Of a stretch of 64,000 bases of DNA, positions 1 to 12,293 are shown in pieces. The position numbers and the translations under genes were made by a program. The notes beneath the pieces are model-generated. The model saw only the letters and a program-made list of their open reading frames with translations, searched no databases and was not told the origin of the DNA. How positions within the stretch are numbered: the first letter of the stretch is position 1; every line of letters begins with the position of its first letter. Origin of the DNA: Phoronis australis (taxonomy: Eukaryota; Animalia; Phoronida); contig NMRA01000126.1 in NCBI GenBank assembly GCA_002633005.1, forward strand, positions 775,839 through 839,838. The letters run 5' to 3'.

Positions 1-1685
1 TCCCGATTTTTGTCGGGGAAAGGTTCACATCGACCATTTCAAGGCTGGTTATCGGGCATGATTTGGGCCGTAAAAGTTTCAAAGTTTCCGCGTTTTTTGT
101 CATTGGTCATTCCAAGCCCTGGTAATACTTGTTATTATTTGATTTGAGGTGCATGGCCTGCGTGTCTAGCATGTGCTGAGAGGCTATTTCCAGCGATGAT
201 GAATGTGTGGCATTCATTAGAATTACAGTTGAAGCAAAACTTTTTTTGTGTCCACCATCATAGAATATTTGTTTAGGGAATTTTGTCGCCAAATTGCCAC
301 TGTCAAGGAAAATTTAATGTGATCGAAGGAAGATGATGGTTCAAAAGTGTCTGAAGGAGGTGCACGCACATTTTATTTTGATTTGAGACAAATGAAGTTC
401 AGGGGTAAAGCCTGCCAAAGTTTTTAGTGTACAGCCTTTATGGTTCTTGTACCAAGTTGGAGTCATTGGGAGAGTCGGGCCTGTGCTGCAACCATTATGA
501 ATCAGTTTTGATGTGTACGCTCAAGTGTTGTTATCGTAAAGTGGGACCATGGATGACTGAGGGGACATTTTAAAATAGGTTTTAAAGTCCTGCTTGCAAG
601 CTATTTGCCGTTTCCTAGTCCAGTAAGATGACAAGAGATAAGTGAAATCATATCATGATTAACCCAGGTCGAATCGTAAGGGAATTTTTCAATCACTTGA
701 GAATTTTAGGTCTCAGGAGGGTAATTCCAGGGGATTTTTCAGAGAAGAATGGGTATGATGTTTAGCCCCGAAATTGAGGGCCTCGTAGTCATATAGATTT
801 TTAAAAAACTATTTTGCTTGTGCTGTGTTGTAAATGTTGCCATTACGCTTAAAATAAACTAGACTAGACTTCCCTATTTGGTTGTGTTTGAGATGACTCC
901 CTGGATCCTAGTTATCACTTTGTGTTTAAAATGTATTGAATCCTATTTCATCTAGAGAAATTACATTGCCAATTTATGGGTGCTGGCAACCTATAGTTGT
1001 ACTGTATTTTGTAGAAAGCTGATTCTCAAACACATGCCACGCTAGGCAGCGGCGCAAAAAGTCGGCGAGTATTCGCCCTGGGATTTCAGCCTAATTTTCT
1101 GTAGAATGATCGTAATTTAACAATGACAAAGTTTGATAGCATTGCGCCACAGTTTTGTTGTTTTATTGAATGCCTGTCACAAGCTATAGATACATCACAT
1201 AGCGTAAGTTTGATGCATCTCAGCTTCCGATTTCACCCGTTTCGGAGACCGGGTATCAACCGCCTTGGTTTACAATAAGTGCCCCCGTCCCGGGCGAATA
1301 CGGTGCTGTGTATCTGCCTCTTACTAAAGTGAACTATATGTTTACTGTTGGTAAAATCTGGCTCTGATTAGATGCTGAGGGCAGCAGTACCAAGTCGGCC
1401 AAGGTTTTAAACCTGGCGCGGCAATTTTTAAACTTGACGCGTTTTCCCCAAACTACGCGCTTTCCCCAAACTCGACACGGCAAAATCCAAACTCGTTACC
1501 GCGTCGACTCAAAACAGGTTGTGGTGAACACTGAGCCATTTTGTTCCGCTTTGAAAATTTGCTCCAATTCTTCACCCTTGAATTTGTTGTAGGTATTGAG
1601 TTCCGAGGAGTCTTTACCCCAACATAACTGACCATTAAGACTGCTAACCTCACAGTTCTGTTTCATGGTTTTGATTTTGTTTCAG

Positions 1686-4600
1686 GTGCGCGGGCCCCGA
1701 AAGCATATGAAGCGCTTGAATGCGCCAAAGCATTGGATGCTTGACAAGTTGGGAGGTGTTTTTGTAAGTGTTTTGTTTAACTTAACACTTAGATTTTAAT
1801 GTGTACCGTAATGTTCAGAATCTTAAGTCTAATATGATATTTTTACCTGTTAGGTTTCGTTTGTTGTCAAATACATGTGATTGCTGTATGTTTGACATGT
1901 GTTTATTTTATGATTACTTCTAGTCTATTCTATTTTTGTTTTCACAGACCTCTGTCACAAGGGCTGGTCTAAATTTGCTCTTAATTGTGAGGTTATTTTG
2001 TACCTTGTGTTAGGCATTAAGGCCCTATCGAAGCCATGGGAGTTGTTTTGCTATCCGTGGTCAAAATGCGGCCAATAACAACCCATTTCTAACGGTCGCT
2101 TGTTAAATTTTTTATATTTGATGAGCATTACCAATGAAATGAACAAGTGATTGTTACTAGTATTCCTTTTGCGAGTATGTGATTTATCATTGCTGGCGGT
2201 TATGTGACTCATTGTTTCCTCAGGCTCCTCGCCCCAGCACTGGTCCACACAAACTGCGCGAGTGTCTGCCCCTCTTGGTGTTCTTACGTAATCGCCTCAA
2301 GTACGCGTTGACATATGACGAAGTGAAGAAGATAGTCATGCAGCGCCTCATCAGGGTGGACGGCAAAGTTAGGACAGACTTTTGTTACCCTGCAGGCTTC
2401 ATGGGTATGTATTTGATACTGTCAATATGCAATAAGTCCAATTGTGCTGTAAGTGACTTAAGTTTCACAGTATAATTATTCTTATTGTGAATGCACTCTA
2501 CCTTTAAAATTATGCCTCGCATGTTTCTCCACGGCTGTTTTGGCTGGTCACAGTCACAAGTTTGGAATTTGTGACGACCAGTTGGCTCACCTGTATGTGA
2601 AAAGAGATGCTATCATAGCAAACGCATAGACTGCTGAACACCGTAGAACATGTTCCATGATTTGGCTTCCGTTCTGGCTTCTATGCAGTAACATCCCAGG
2701 GAATGTTGACTGAGCGCAGCTCTTGCTCAGTTTGCACAGTGACACAAGATAGAATTCTGGTGACATATTCCACTGCAGTTAAATTAAACCCTCTATGAAG
2801 TGTACACTGAAAGATTTCTGTAACACTGATATTTTACTGCATTGTTTTTCAGACGTGATCACCATTCAGAAGACGAATGAGAACTTCCGTTTGGTTTATG
2901 ATGTCAAAGGTCGGTTCACAGTGCATAGAATTTCTAAGGAAGAAGCACAGGTTGGTGGTGTGTCGAAGCTAGCTTCATTTCTCTGAGCAATGTGCAGTGT
3001 CTCTCAGCTGTACTGTAATGCAAAGGAATGTTTTCATGAAGCAATAGCAGCTGGTCAAATTACACCTGCTTAGTATGAACTCCTTGGTCATCATTTGTTC
3101 CCCGTGCCACACACATGCGTGCGTGCGCGTGGGCCCATGTTGCCGTTGCCTCCCTATGGCTGTATCACCTACCTAAATCTTTATAGATAGACGTTCATGA
3201 ATATTAAGGTATACTCAAGTATGTGGCTATGACCTCATGTTACGGCAACAGTGCTTGTTGCTCTTATGTTCATACCTGCTGTTACTTTCTAAAAATGTCC
3301 ACATCACTAGACTTATTATGTATTATCTGCTTAGTGGAAGCAGGACTCAATTTGGCAACCTGCAGCTTGCCAATGCGACCTTAGATTTATTGATGACCTG
3401 GTAAACATTTCAAAAGTTTCACGAAGCTACCTGAGTTGTAACCAAGGCAGAAGTAAAAGAAAAGTGAATTCACATGTAACTGGCTTCCACATTTCCTTCT
3501 GACTTTCAAACTGTAAAAAATTCCCAATATTTTTTGCCAAATACAAGCATGCTGTCAAACTACCAACTACAACAGTAAATAAACAGGTGGGAGTGGTGGT
3601 CGGTATTGGGCTAAAAGACAAAAGCATGAACAAACAGTTTGTTCGAGTTGTCTGCTTATCCCTTAGCTAATGCCTCGATTGGAAATCGGGCGCTGTGCAC
3701 ACGACTTCACTTAATTTTTCTATTTGACTACCGTAAAAATGCCACCAGGGCGTTTTTGAGTGTTGCAATATACATTTGTCTCTTGCACTTCAGCATAGTT
3801 TTGGTTGTCACGATTTTTGTCGACTATGCGCAGTGCGTGAAAGCCTCATACAGGGTTTCCGTGTTTTGGCTAGCTCATTTCACATTTGGCGATGTTAGAA
3901 TTTTGCCAGTTCTCAGTTGGCGAGGTGACGTCATGTTAAGCGTAGTCTTGTGAAGTAGATGTTCTTGTTATTGTCCCTTAAGTCAGGCTTTTTGCATAGT
4001 TCCTCGAGTAAAGTGATCATTCAAAAGGCTAGGCATCCTGGTTTGTTATATTATAGATGAAATGAAATGAATCGTAACTGCACCAGATTTGCTGTGGTCT
4101 AGCATATGCACCTCATTAAAGTTCTCTATGCCATTAAATTTTACTTGGTCTATAGGATGCGATTTTCTTGATCTTGCAGTACAAGCTGTGTAAAGTTAGG
4201 AAGGTGTACACTGGACCTAAAGGTGTGCCTCTCATAGTCACTCATGACGGCCGCACTATCCGTTACCCCGACCCTCTGGTGAAGGTGAACGACACAGTGC
4301 TAGTGGACATTGCATCAGGCAAAATGAAGGACTTTGTCAAGTTTGACTCTGGTAATGTTTTTGTTCTTGGGAATCTACTCTAAAAATGTTAATAATTGCA
4401 ACTACAGAGCCTTGACGATACTCGGTATGCGCCCAGACCAATCACTGCCTAACTAGTTACATTATTTTTTACCCTCACATAACAAAATTCGAGCATATCT
4501 ATCTGTGTTGAAGCTAATGTTCACAAAATGGTTTTTGAACCAACATACTTGTCCAGAAATAATAAAGTTAAAAATTTGAGCTCTCATTTAAACTGAGTCT

Positions 4601-6663
4601 TCAGATACACCGTCTACAAACGCACAACCCCAAAAACAGTAACATGATCTGCTACAAGTGAGATTGATATGACTCATTACAGAGTAACCTGTGGGTCTAG
4701 TGAATTGACTTACCAAAGTTATTTTCAATCTCGTGGAGGGCTGTGGTCATTCACCATGATTTAATTTGGTTAGGACAAGTGCTTGAACTTGGTACACACT
4801 GCAACTGAGCCACATCAAAGATGTTTGAGAAGCACTAAACACATTTCAACAGAGAAGTTGACAAATTTACCATTTCATAGTAACCAACAAGTTTGCTTCT
4901 CACACAGTAATGTCAACCACTTATACGGTGATTATTCATGACTTAAGATGGCCTCGCATACCTTATTAGCATTCAAAGCTGGTGTGTTCAACACAATCTG
5001 AACATAAAATGTACAAAATGCTAAATTAATGCCAGTGCATGAAACCTTTTGATGCCTATTACAAATTTTTCAGTTTACATCAATTTGAATTGCTTTACAC
5101 GCTACAATCTATGTATAGTGTCATCTGGTGGGGAAATGTTCAGCAGAAGAATGCATATATCTGTGCATTTTGTGAAAACTCTGCACGTAAACATTGGTGA
5201 CCCTTTTAAAATGCTGACAGAAATTCTGGAAGCTCGTTGGCCTTTTCAAAATTAAAACGTTGGTTAAGACACTAAAGATATGATAAACGTCACTGCAGAG
5301 CGTCAACTGATAGTTTATGAGTTGACCCATGATTCCAGTGTGGATGAGGTTTCCACTGCATCCCAGTTTTACAAGTTGGTATTTTTCAGTTGTAAAATAC
5401 AAAAATAATTCTTCAAAGTAGAATGCTAAGGAAAAATATATCATGGATCAGGGCAAGTAAGTGACTACTGGTCTGACCCTTGAAAATACTCTTGAAATTT
5501 GGGCTTGCGTGAAGTTTCAACTTCAGCCATTGTTGTCAACTCGGTTGTAACAGGCCTCCATCTCCTAAAATCATATTCGTCACAGTTGTTTCCAAAGTCA
5601 CGTGCAGGGTTCCACCTCTCAAATAATGGGCATCAAAATGATTCATAAAATTTGGCACCTCTGTTAGTGACTAATGGCTATATTGGTTGACCCTACCGTA
5701 AGCACCTCTGTTAGTGACTAATGCCTATATTCGTTGACCCTACCATAATTACCATCACAACTGTCTCTGGATGTTCATCATTCTTTTCACAAGCATTGCC
5801 CACAGGGGCTTGTCATTTTGATAATTAGGGTGTAAACATGTTATTAATTTGATATATGCTACAAGCATACGTTGTGTTGGTGATGACAGGTGATGTAATT
5901 GCATAATGTTATATTGCAGGTAACTTGTGCATGATCACTGGTGGTCGTAACTTGGGTCGAGTGGGTCTTGTCACCCACAGAGAGCGTCACCCTGGCTCTT
6001 TTGATATCTGTCACATTAAAGACGTCAATGGACACACCTTTGCTACCAGGTAATGTGTATATTGTTGTGGAGTAGTGATTCTGATTTTGGATTTCTAAAA
6101 GAAAATTAGTGTACCGAATTGGCTTGTTGACTCGATTAATGACTTTAAGGTACCTACAGCCGTGTTATTAACAGAGACTACCCTGTAAATCACTTAAATG
6201 AGGAATCAAAATAATGTTCTTCAACCCTCAAAGTGCCAAGTCAACAAGTGTTAATACACTGTGGACGAATTAATTGACTGTGGTATGGAATTTATCGCAG
6301 GATTAGCTGTGTTAAGAAGTATAAAAATTTAACAATGTTTTCACCTCTTGGAGGTACTGATTGTGTAATAGCAAGTGACAACTTGCATTTTTGAGACAAC
6401 AAAAATACTAGGTTTAGTATCCTTTCAATGTAAACACGACTGGAACTGAAAAGTGCAGGTTGATGTTTGTGTATTGCCTTTCCTGGCATTTGTCCATCTT
6501 GTGTTCAATGTGTACTTCAGTGTGCATCGTTTGTTGCAGGCTGAACAACGTGTTTATCATCGGTAAAGGTAACAAGCCTTGGATTTCACTGCCCAAGGGT
6601 AAAGGAGTCAAACTGTCTATAGCTGAAGAGAGGGACAGGCGACTGGCTGCCAAGTCACAATAA
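1686..6663 (+). CDS. RPS4: 40S ribosomal protein S4 (eS4); 6 coding exons in window, ATG-bearing first exon not found
   Basis: Exons 1686-1763, 2224-2404, 2853-2950, 4180-4351, 5920-6049, 6540-6663, all GT-AG with matching phases. They splice to [43 protein letters not shown]...[30 protein letters not shown], 260 aa plus the missing Met. Confidence 0.98.
2019..2148 (+). ncRNA. SNORA16: Intronic box H/ACA snoRNA, SNORA16/ACA16 (yeast snR46)-like
   Basis: Hairpin GGCC-CTATCGAAG-CCATGG...CCGTGG-TCAAAATGC-GGCC, H box ATAACA (2075-2080), second hairpin CATTTC...GAAATG, ACA at 2143-2145. The 5' pocket (TATCGAAG / TCAAAA) is complementary to the conserved LSU rRNA sequence UUUUGA-UC-CUUCGAUG. It resembles the vertebrate SNORA16 sequence as I recall it. 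Confidence 0.85.
2519..2696 (+). ncRNA. Candidate intronic H/ACA snoRNA/scaRNA (unassigned)
   Basis: Long hairpin GCAT..CTGGTC..GTCACAA/TTGTGAC..GACCAG..ATGC, H box ATAGCA (2615-2620), hairpin GCATAGA...TCTATGC, then ACA (2691-2693) plus 3 nt. Lies inside an RPS4 intron. Confidence 0.5.
5655..5748. repeat. 47-bp tandem duplication in RPS4 intron
   Basis: Two near-identical copies of GCACCTCTGTTAGTGACTAATG(G/C)CTATATT(G/C)GTTGACCCTACC(G/A)TAA. Confidence 0.85.
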
Positions 6664-6690
6664 ATTGTAAAGCATACTGAAAAATACAAA

Positions 6691-6696
6691 AATAAA
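6691..6696 (+). promoter_or_regulatory. Polyadenylation signal of RPS4
   Basis: AATAAA about 28 nt after the TAA stop, followed by T-rich sequence. Confidence 0.7.
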
Positions 6697-6869
6697 AAGT
6701 TAACAGTATAATACTGGTTTTCATATCTTTGTTCAAGAAGTTCACATTTTCCGGATTGGCCAGTCTCAACATATAAATTGAAACAAAGACGGCTTTAATT
6801 TTTCGCTCCTGTTTATACACCCACATATTATGTGTGGGAGCATATTGTGGCATCTGTGAGTGTGTGGCC

Positions 6870-7540
6870 TCCGCAGCTGTATCTCCTAATATAAAATCCC
6901 CCACAGGATCTTAATGAGCTTTGACGTGTGTTCCCATGAAGCTGATTACGGACAACGACAAATTTCAAACCTGTCTGACTACAGGTGTGCCCCCTAGTGG
7001 CAATTTTGTTCTTTTAGGCTCTACAGATTTTCATAAAATTTGGCAGTTAGGCAACTTTTAGTGAGATGATGCCATCCTGAAGTATTTTGCACCACCAAGT
7101 GGATATTTTTATATTTTTTGAGTCTGTTTTTTGGTATCTGACCTTCTGTCAACAAAGCCACACTAAGGATGATTGTGAAAATTGGCATAATTATGTTCCT
7201 TCTGTGAAAAAGACGACTGACGATTTTCCGAGGACTTCGAATAATGTGGCGCCTCCTAGTGGCAGTTTTGTTTGCCCATGGCTGTATCTCCTAAAGCTCT
7301 ACAGGATCTTTATTAAATTTGAGCTAATGTTCTTATTTGAAATTGACAATGGACAGCGACGACTTTCGGACTATCGGTGTGCCTCCTAGTGGCAAGTTTA
7401 GTTTTTTACGTTTACCCTTGTATCTTTAAAGGTCCTCCTCGGATTTCCATAAAATTTGGCATTGGTGAGAAGACGCGACGCTAACTTCTCATTTGCGGAT
7501 TGAATCGACGTAGTTTGCGCCACCTAGTGGTCATTTTTAC
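6870..7540. repeat. Degenerate ~130-bp-period tandem repeat carrying CTCF-like motifs
   Basis: GYGCC(C/T/A)CCTAGTGG at 6987, 7249, 7379 and 7517 (spacing 262/130/138). Shared subunits GCTGTATCTCCTAA, ACAGGATCTT and CATAAAATTTGGCA recur. Confidence 0.7.
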
Positions 7541-8236
7541 TGTTTTCGAGTGTGTTTGGCGTAACTGACAGAAAGTACACTATGGGGTTTCTCAAAAGAA
7601 GAAATTCAATGACGCCGTGCCTTTTTTAACTCGCTATGTCCACCTGAAAAATATTACCATTTAGTGGATTTGGCCATTTATGCCTAAAATGACAAATTCA
7701 AGGACAAAATTTGATGATAAGGGTTTTCTGATAAAAATGGGCAAACATCTACTGTGTGGCTTTGAAATATATCGTAAATAGGTTTCAGTTGAAGACTTCA
7801 CTCGGAAATTTATAAACCAATTAATTTCTTCACAAAGTAAAAATAAGTTACACTGTTACACGTATGTGTGTCACCCTAAACCAGAGAGATGGGAACACGT
7901 GTTAACGGTTCCTAGGTTACTGAGGAAAGTGATTTGGTAATTTCGCCGTGTTACGAAAAGCAGGACATCTTGATGGTGTTACGGAATGGGGGCAAACTTC
8001 AAAAAGTGGCCACTTTCACCCAACCGTCGCCGGTAACCACCAATAATCTTCAAAGAACAAACCTTTACCAGTCACTACCAATTTTTAATTCCGATTGTGG
8101 TTTGCCCTACAAATTAATCACGTTCTTTATTAATCGGCGTGTGACCCCAGTGAGCACATTTCGGGTAGGCGTACATTTCTCCCATCAGATTTCATACGAT
8201 TGTGCCAACTGCGTGCCGTGATATTCAGCCGGCCTG

Positions 8237-8452
8237 GGCCCCTTTCCAAGAAAATTGACAAATCTTAAATTTCAGCCAATTTTAAGATAAAACTTAAATT
8301 TATCTCAAGTCTGTTTCAAGAAGGACATCTTAAGTTAGACTTTAGCTTTTGACTTAAAAGTTTTGTTTAACTTTTGATGAACTTACCGGAAGTTCAGACA
8401 AATCCCATACTTAAGTAAAAATGAGCTCAAATCAGTTTCGTGGAACGGGCCC
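8237..8452. mobile_element. MITE, PIF/Harbinger-like
   Basis: Terminal inverted repeats GGCCCCTTTCCAAGAAAATTGA / TCAGTTTCGTGGAACGGGCCC flanked by CTG on both sides; AT-rich, partly palindromic interior. Confidence 0.55.
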
Positions 8453-11162
8453 CTGTACTCCATTGCCAGTGCAACGTCCAAATTAAACTCATGTTCAAGT
8501 ATCTATAAACTTCAGCTGCGAAAAATAAATTTCGATTTAGACCGTCATCAACGGTTATAGAATTGGTCTCGAACTGTTCCTTAGTCTAAATGGGCGTGAT
8601 TCCCTTGCTTGAAAAGAAGATTGGCAGTTTCTCATTGCTTTAAGAAGACACCACAAGTCGAGTTGTTAAGGCGAGTAAATTCATTAACCGAGCCGATCGA
8701 TGGTCTTGTACCGCATAACGAACTGACTTCTTGGCAATTAATGACTGAAAATCTCTTCTCTTCTAAGTAAGAATTCTAGACAATGTCCAAATTTGGCTAA
8801 TATCGGAACATAATATCTCAGAAATGGCTCATCAGATACACGTGAAAGTTTCAGATACTACAGGACGGTACGCTTCAAAACACTGTTCTCCAATACGCTG
8901 GTAGGAATTATTTTTAAAATGGTCCGCTTTTGCATGAATTAAAGGCAATCAAAAGTAGGTCTTTTATGATTTTTATAAAAAAATCAAACGTTGTATTAAA
9001 CATAACTGGAATGATAATTAATAAAATTGAAACAGTGTTTTTCAGAGGTCATTTTGAACATTTATTGTCACTTTGTTGATAGCGTTGTTTTGCTATCAAT
9101 GTATCCTTTTTCCTATATTTTAGCAAAAAGACATGATCACGTGACATAAATAACCTCATATTGTTAAAACGCCAACAATTAAATTTTACAGGCTATCAGA
9201 AAATGATAGGCCTACTCATTACTGAGTTATAATGTAGAGTTATGTAGATATTAGGCTATATACACTGATGATTACGTAATTTCATTTGCGGTAAAGCCCC
9301 TGTCCCATACCGGACCAACTGAACAAGGATCACATTTGGAACGATCCGACGTGTAAACTACTGAGTTAAAGCCGCCGTGATGGTACGTGGTCATCGGTGT
9401 TGGTCCTGGATTGTCCTTGGGGCCTTGGGAGGCCAACAATGCAGTATTGGGAAGTGCGGAGCCGCTCCCGCGTGTTCGTCCGTGACTGTCCAAGGTCGTG
9501 ACTACATCCCCGGAGTGATCTGTGTGGCCATCGTAGGGTTTCGGGATCACGCCGGTACAACTGAATTTTCTGGGCTACCATCACGAATCAACACGGAACC
9601 GCCGTTGCAGATGAAGACGGTGCCAACACGGACAAGCATTGTGGGAACGGCGGCGAAAGTTTGCCCGTGTACGTTCGTACAGCTTTCGTGTTACTATACT
9701 GTTGTTGGACGACCGTTGACACTCAACTTGAAATTAACCCCTACAAGAGCACGGATCTTGATCCGGCAGCATGCAGACCTTTCCGGAATGATTACCGTGT
9801 TTATTCGTGTTTATATATGACTGTTTTTTTTTTTCTCAAAGTCAGTTTCTGTCCTACATAATGCAGACCGGTTTATTGCCGCTTCTATCATGTTGACGCT
9901 TCGGTATCAATACGGCGGGAAAGTTTTACCCTTGTCAACTTTAAACAAAGCTACAGCTGTGTGATTATCATAAACTGGTATTCGGTAAATTAATCGAGCG
10001 TTATAACTGGGTTGTAATCGGCGCATGCTGGAGGCAGCAGTTAACCGTTAGCAGTTGTGCCAAGCATCAGGCTGTAAGAATCGTCGCTCAACAAGCGTAG
10101 TTAGACCACGCCTACCGTAGTTACCGTCGCGAAGTCCCACAAAGCGGTAAGTCAACTTGTATATAATGTGTTTTTGATCACACTTCAACGGAAATACTAG
10201 GGCCGTATCGCTCACTGGGTTGTTGGGAGGCAAACGAACTGTTTCACACCGCGGCAAGTTCATGTAATGACAATTACCCCGGAGACCATTGTGACGCCAA
10301 GCTTCATTCATACGGATGTGTGATCGATACAGACACCGCACACTGTTGATATTTCGCCTTCATTATGATCGGCGACAGCCACGTGCCCCGGTATATGCAC
10401 TTAACTGATGATGGCAAAAACTACAACAGCAGATTACATGTGATTTTTAACTGGTGCTCTCGGGTTTTCCTCGTCGCACGAGGCCATAGTTTCCGGTTGC
10501 TGTCAGCTACATCTATTTTCCATGCCAGGTACCGAAACATGGTTTTGTGAAATCTGAACTGGCCAGGGGTCTTTCTCAACACTGTCGGTCATTTTGCCCC
10601 CCTACTCGGTACTAACGGTTTCCGCCACTGCTTTTCGGTCATAACCTATATTCCAGCCTAATGCAATTATGTGGAACGCAGGCCCAGTTTGCGAAAAGCG
10701 CTAATGCAGTGGAGGTTATTTCAGAATCATTCATTAACTTTTCAAAGATCTGTGCTCACGAACGTCTTTCTCTATACTGACTATATGTTATATGGTTTGT
10801 TCCAAAGCCGTCTTGATTCATAATAGTCAATGATTTTTCTAACTTAGTCGTACTCATAAAAATTAGTAGTGTAACTTCAATCCGAAGCATTTCTAACCCA
10901 CTGCAAAGCTACGATCTATTTGATAATTAATAAGTAGTGTTAATTTAAAAAAAATCCCTGTGGATCTGTTCTACAATATTTTTCATGCCAACACTCAAAA
11001 TTACACTGCGGAAACAATTAGATTCGGTTGTCAACTATATGATGACTCCCAATCTGCACGAGTTCATTAGTAATGATTTCAATTATGATAACAACAACGA
11101 TAACAAATATATAGACGCTGATGTAGGCTAATAGTGAATCACATAAACAAATAAACAGGAAC

Positions 11163-11237
11163 GTACCCCAACTGGGAACCGATTCACAGGTCTCTATATT
11201 ACCGATCTAATGCTCTTTCTACTGAGCTACTGAGGAC
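11163..11237 (-). mobile_element. tRNA-derived SINE head or tRNA pseudogene
   Basis: Minus strand reads GTCCTCAGTAGCTCAGTAGAAAGAGC...GAATCGGTTCCCAGTTGGGGTAC: A-box and D-arm are recognisable, B-box is degenerate. Confidence 0.5.
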
Positions 11238-11982
11238 ATGCTATCTGTGCAATAACAACAATAACAATAATCATACTCTGATAGCGATGATGATAAAAAC
11301 TGTTGTTATCATGAAAAACAGTGCTGTATTTTTGTCCTGTCATTTAGGATTTGTTGTTGCATTTGTCACGTGTTGGTTGTACTCATTTTCCGTGACAAAA
11401 CGTTTCGGCGACAACGTCGTGTAGTTATGGACATTTGTTTACCAACTTGTATTGACTTATTCAGCTCGGTTTATCTGACTGACTGACTGATTATATTAGG
11501 CTATATACATGTACGCAATACACGTAAAGATGAGGCGTGATAACAAATATATAAAGCAGATTAAATGGTAATACAAGTTCCTAAGGAAAAACAAAATGTG
11601 GTCAACCAGGATCACACAAAGTCAAACACTTATTTACGTGTTGGTCACAAAATTAACAACAATGATACAAAATAAAGGACGTGAACACAAACAAAAGCAC
11701 ACAGAACAATGATTATAAAGAGAATAATAATTATGTACAGGTATGAACAAAAATCAATTGATAAAAGTAAACAAATAACAATAAATACGCAAATAATGGA
11801 TATAGAAACAAATAAAAACATAAATACAGTTAGCAGTAGTGAAGGATATTTAATAAATACAATGGGAAGAAAGAATATAACAATACGGAGTTGTAAGAAC
11901 AAACGCCATTTCACCAGAAATATAAAAGGGTTTTAAAAAGTTCACCGACAATATTAGTGGATATATTTCAAAGGGTGGTGAC

Positions 11983-12293
11983 CAGTGGCGAATTTGGGGG
12001 GGGGGGGGGNCGGAGGCCATGCCCCCCTAAAATTCTCCCAGATACCATTTGGAAGTACGGGGTGCGAATTGCTGAGTAGCACATGCGCGCGCCCATTCCC
12101 AGGGTGTTCGGGGGGCGAATGCACAATGCACAGGCCTCGAAGAAACCCCGTTTACCTTTTTTTAGTAATGAGGTCCACAAACCCAAAATTTCGAGACCCC
12201 ATCCCTCCATTTTAGGTTGGGCGCACATGTGGCGAAATTGTGGTTATTCTTGTGCCCTGGTCCCCCTAACTCAAAATCCTGGATCCGCCCCTT
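11983..12293. mobile_element. hAT-type MITE with 5-bp TSD (GTGAC)
   Basis: Ends CAGTGGCGAATT / GGATCCGCCCCTT; GTGAC at 11978-11982 and 12294-12298. Interior is the reverse complement of the element at 40760-40949. Confidence 0.75.

Noticed and set aside
3390-3434. TGATGA...CTGA C/D-box pair
   Set aside because: Only ~45 nt, with no terminal stem and no recognisable rRNA antisense element.
6870-7540. CRISPR-like regularly spaced repeats
   Set aside because: Eukaryotic context, no cas genes, and the spacers are related to each other.
11645-11936. Hydrophobic 89-aa and basic 75-aa ORFs
   Set aside because: Low-complexity A-rich sequence, with no splice context or family motif.
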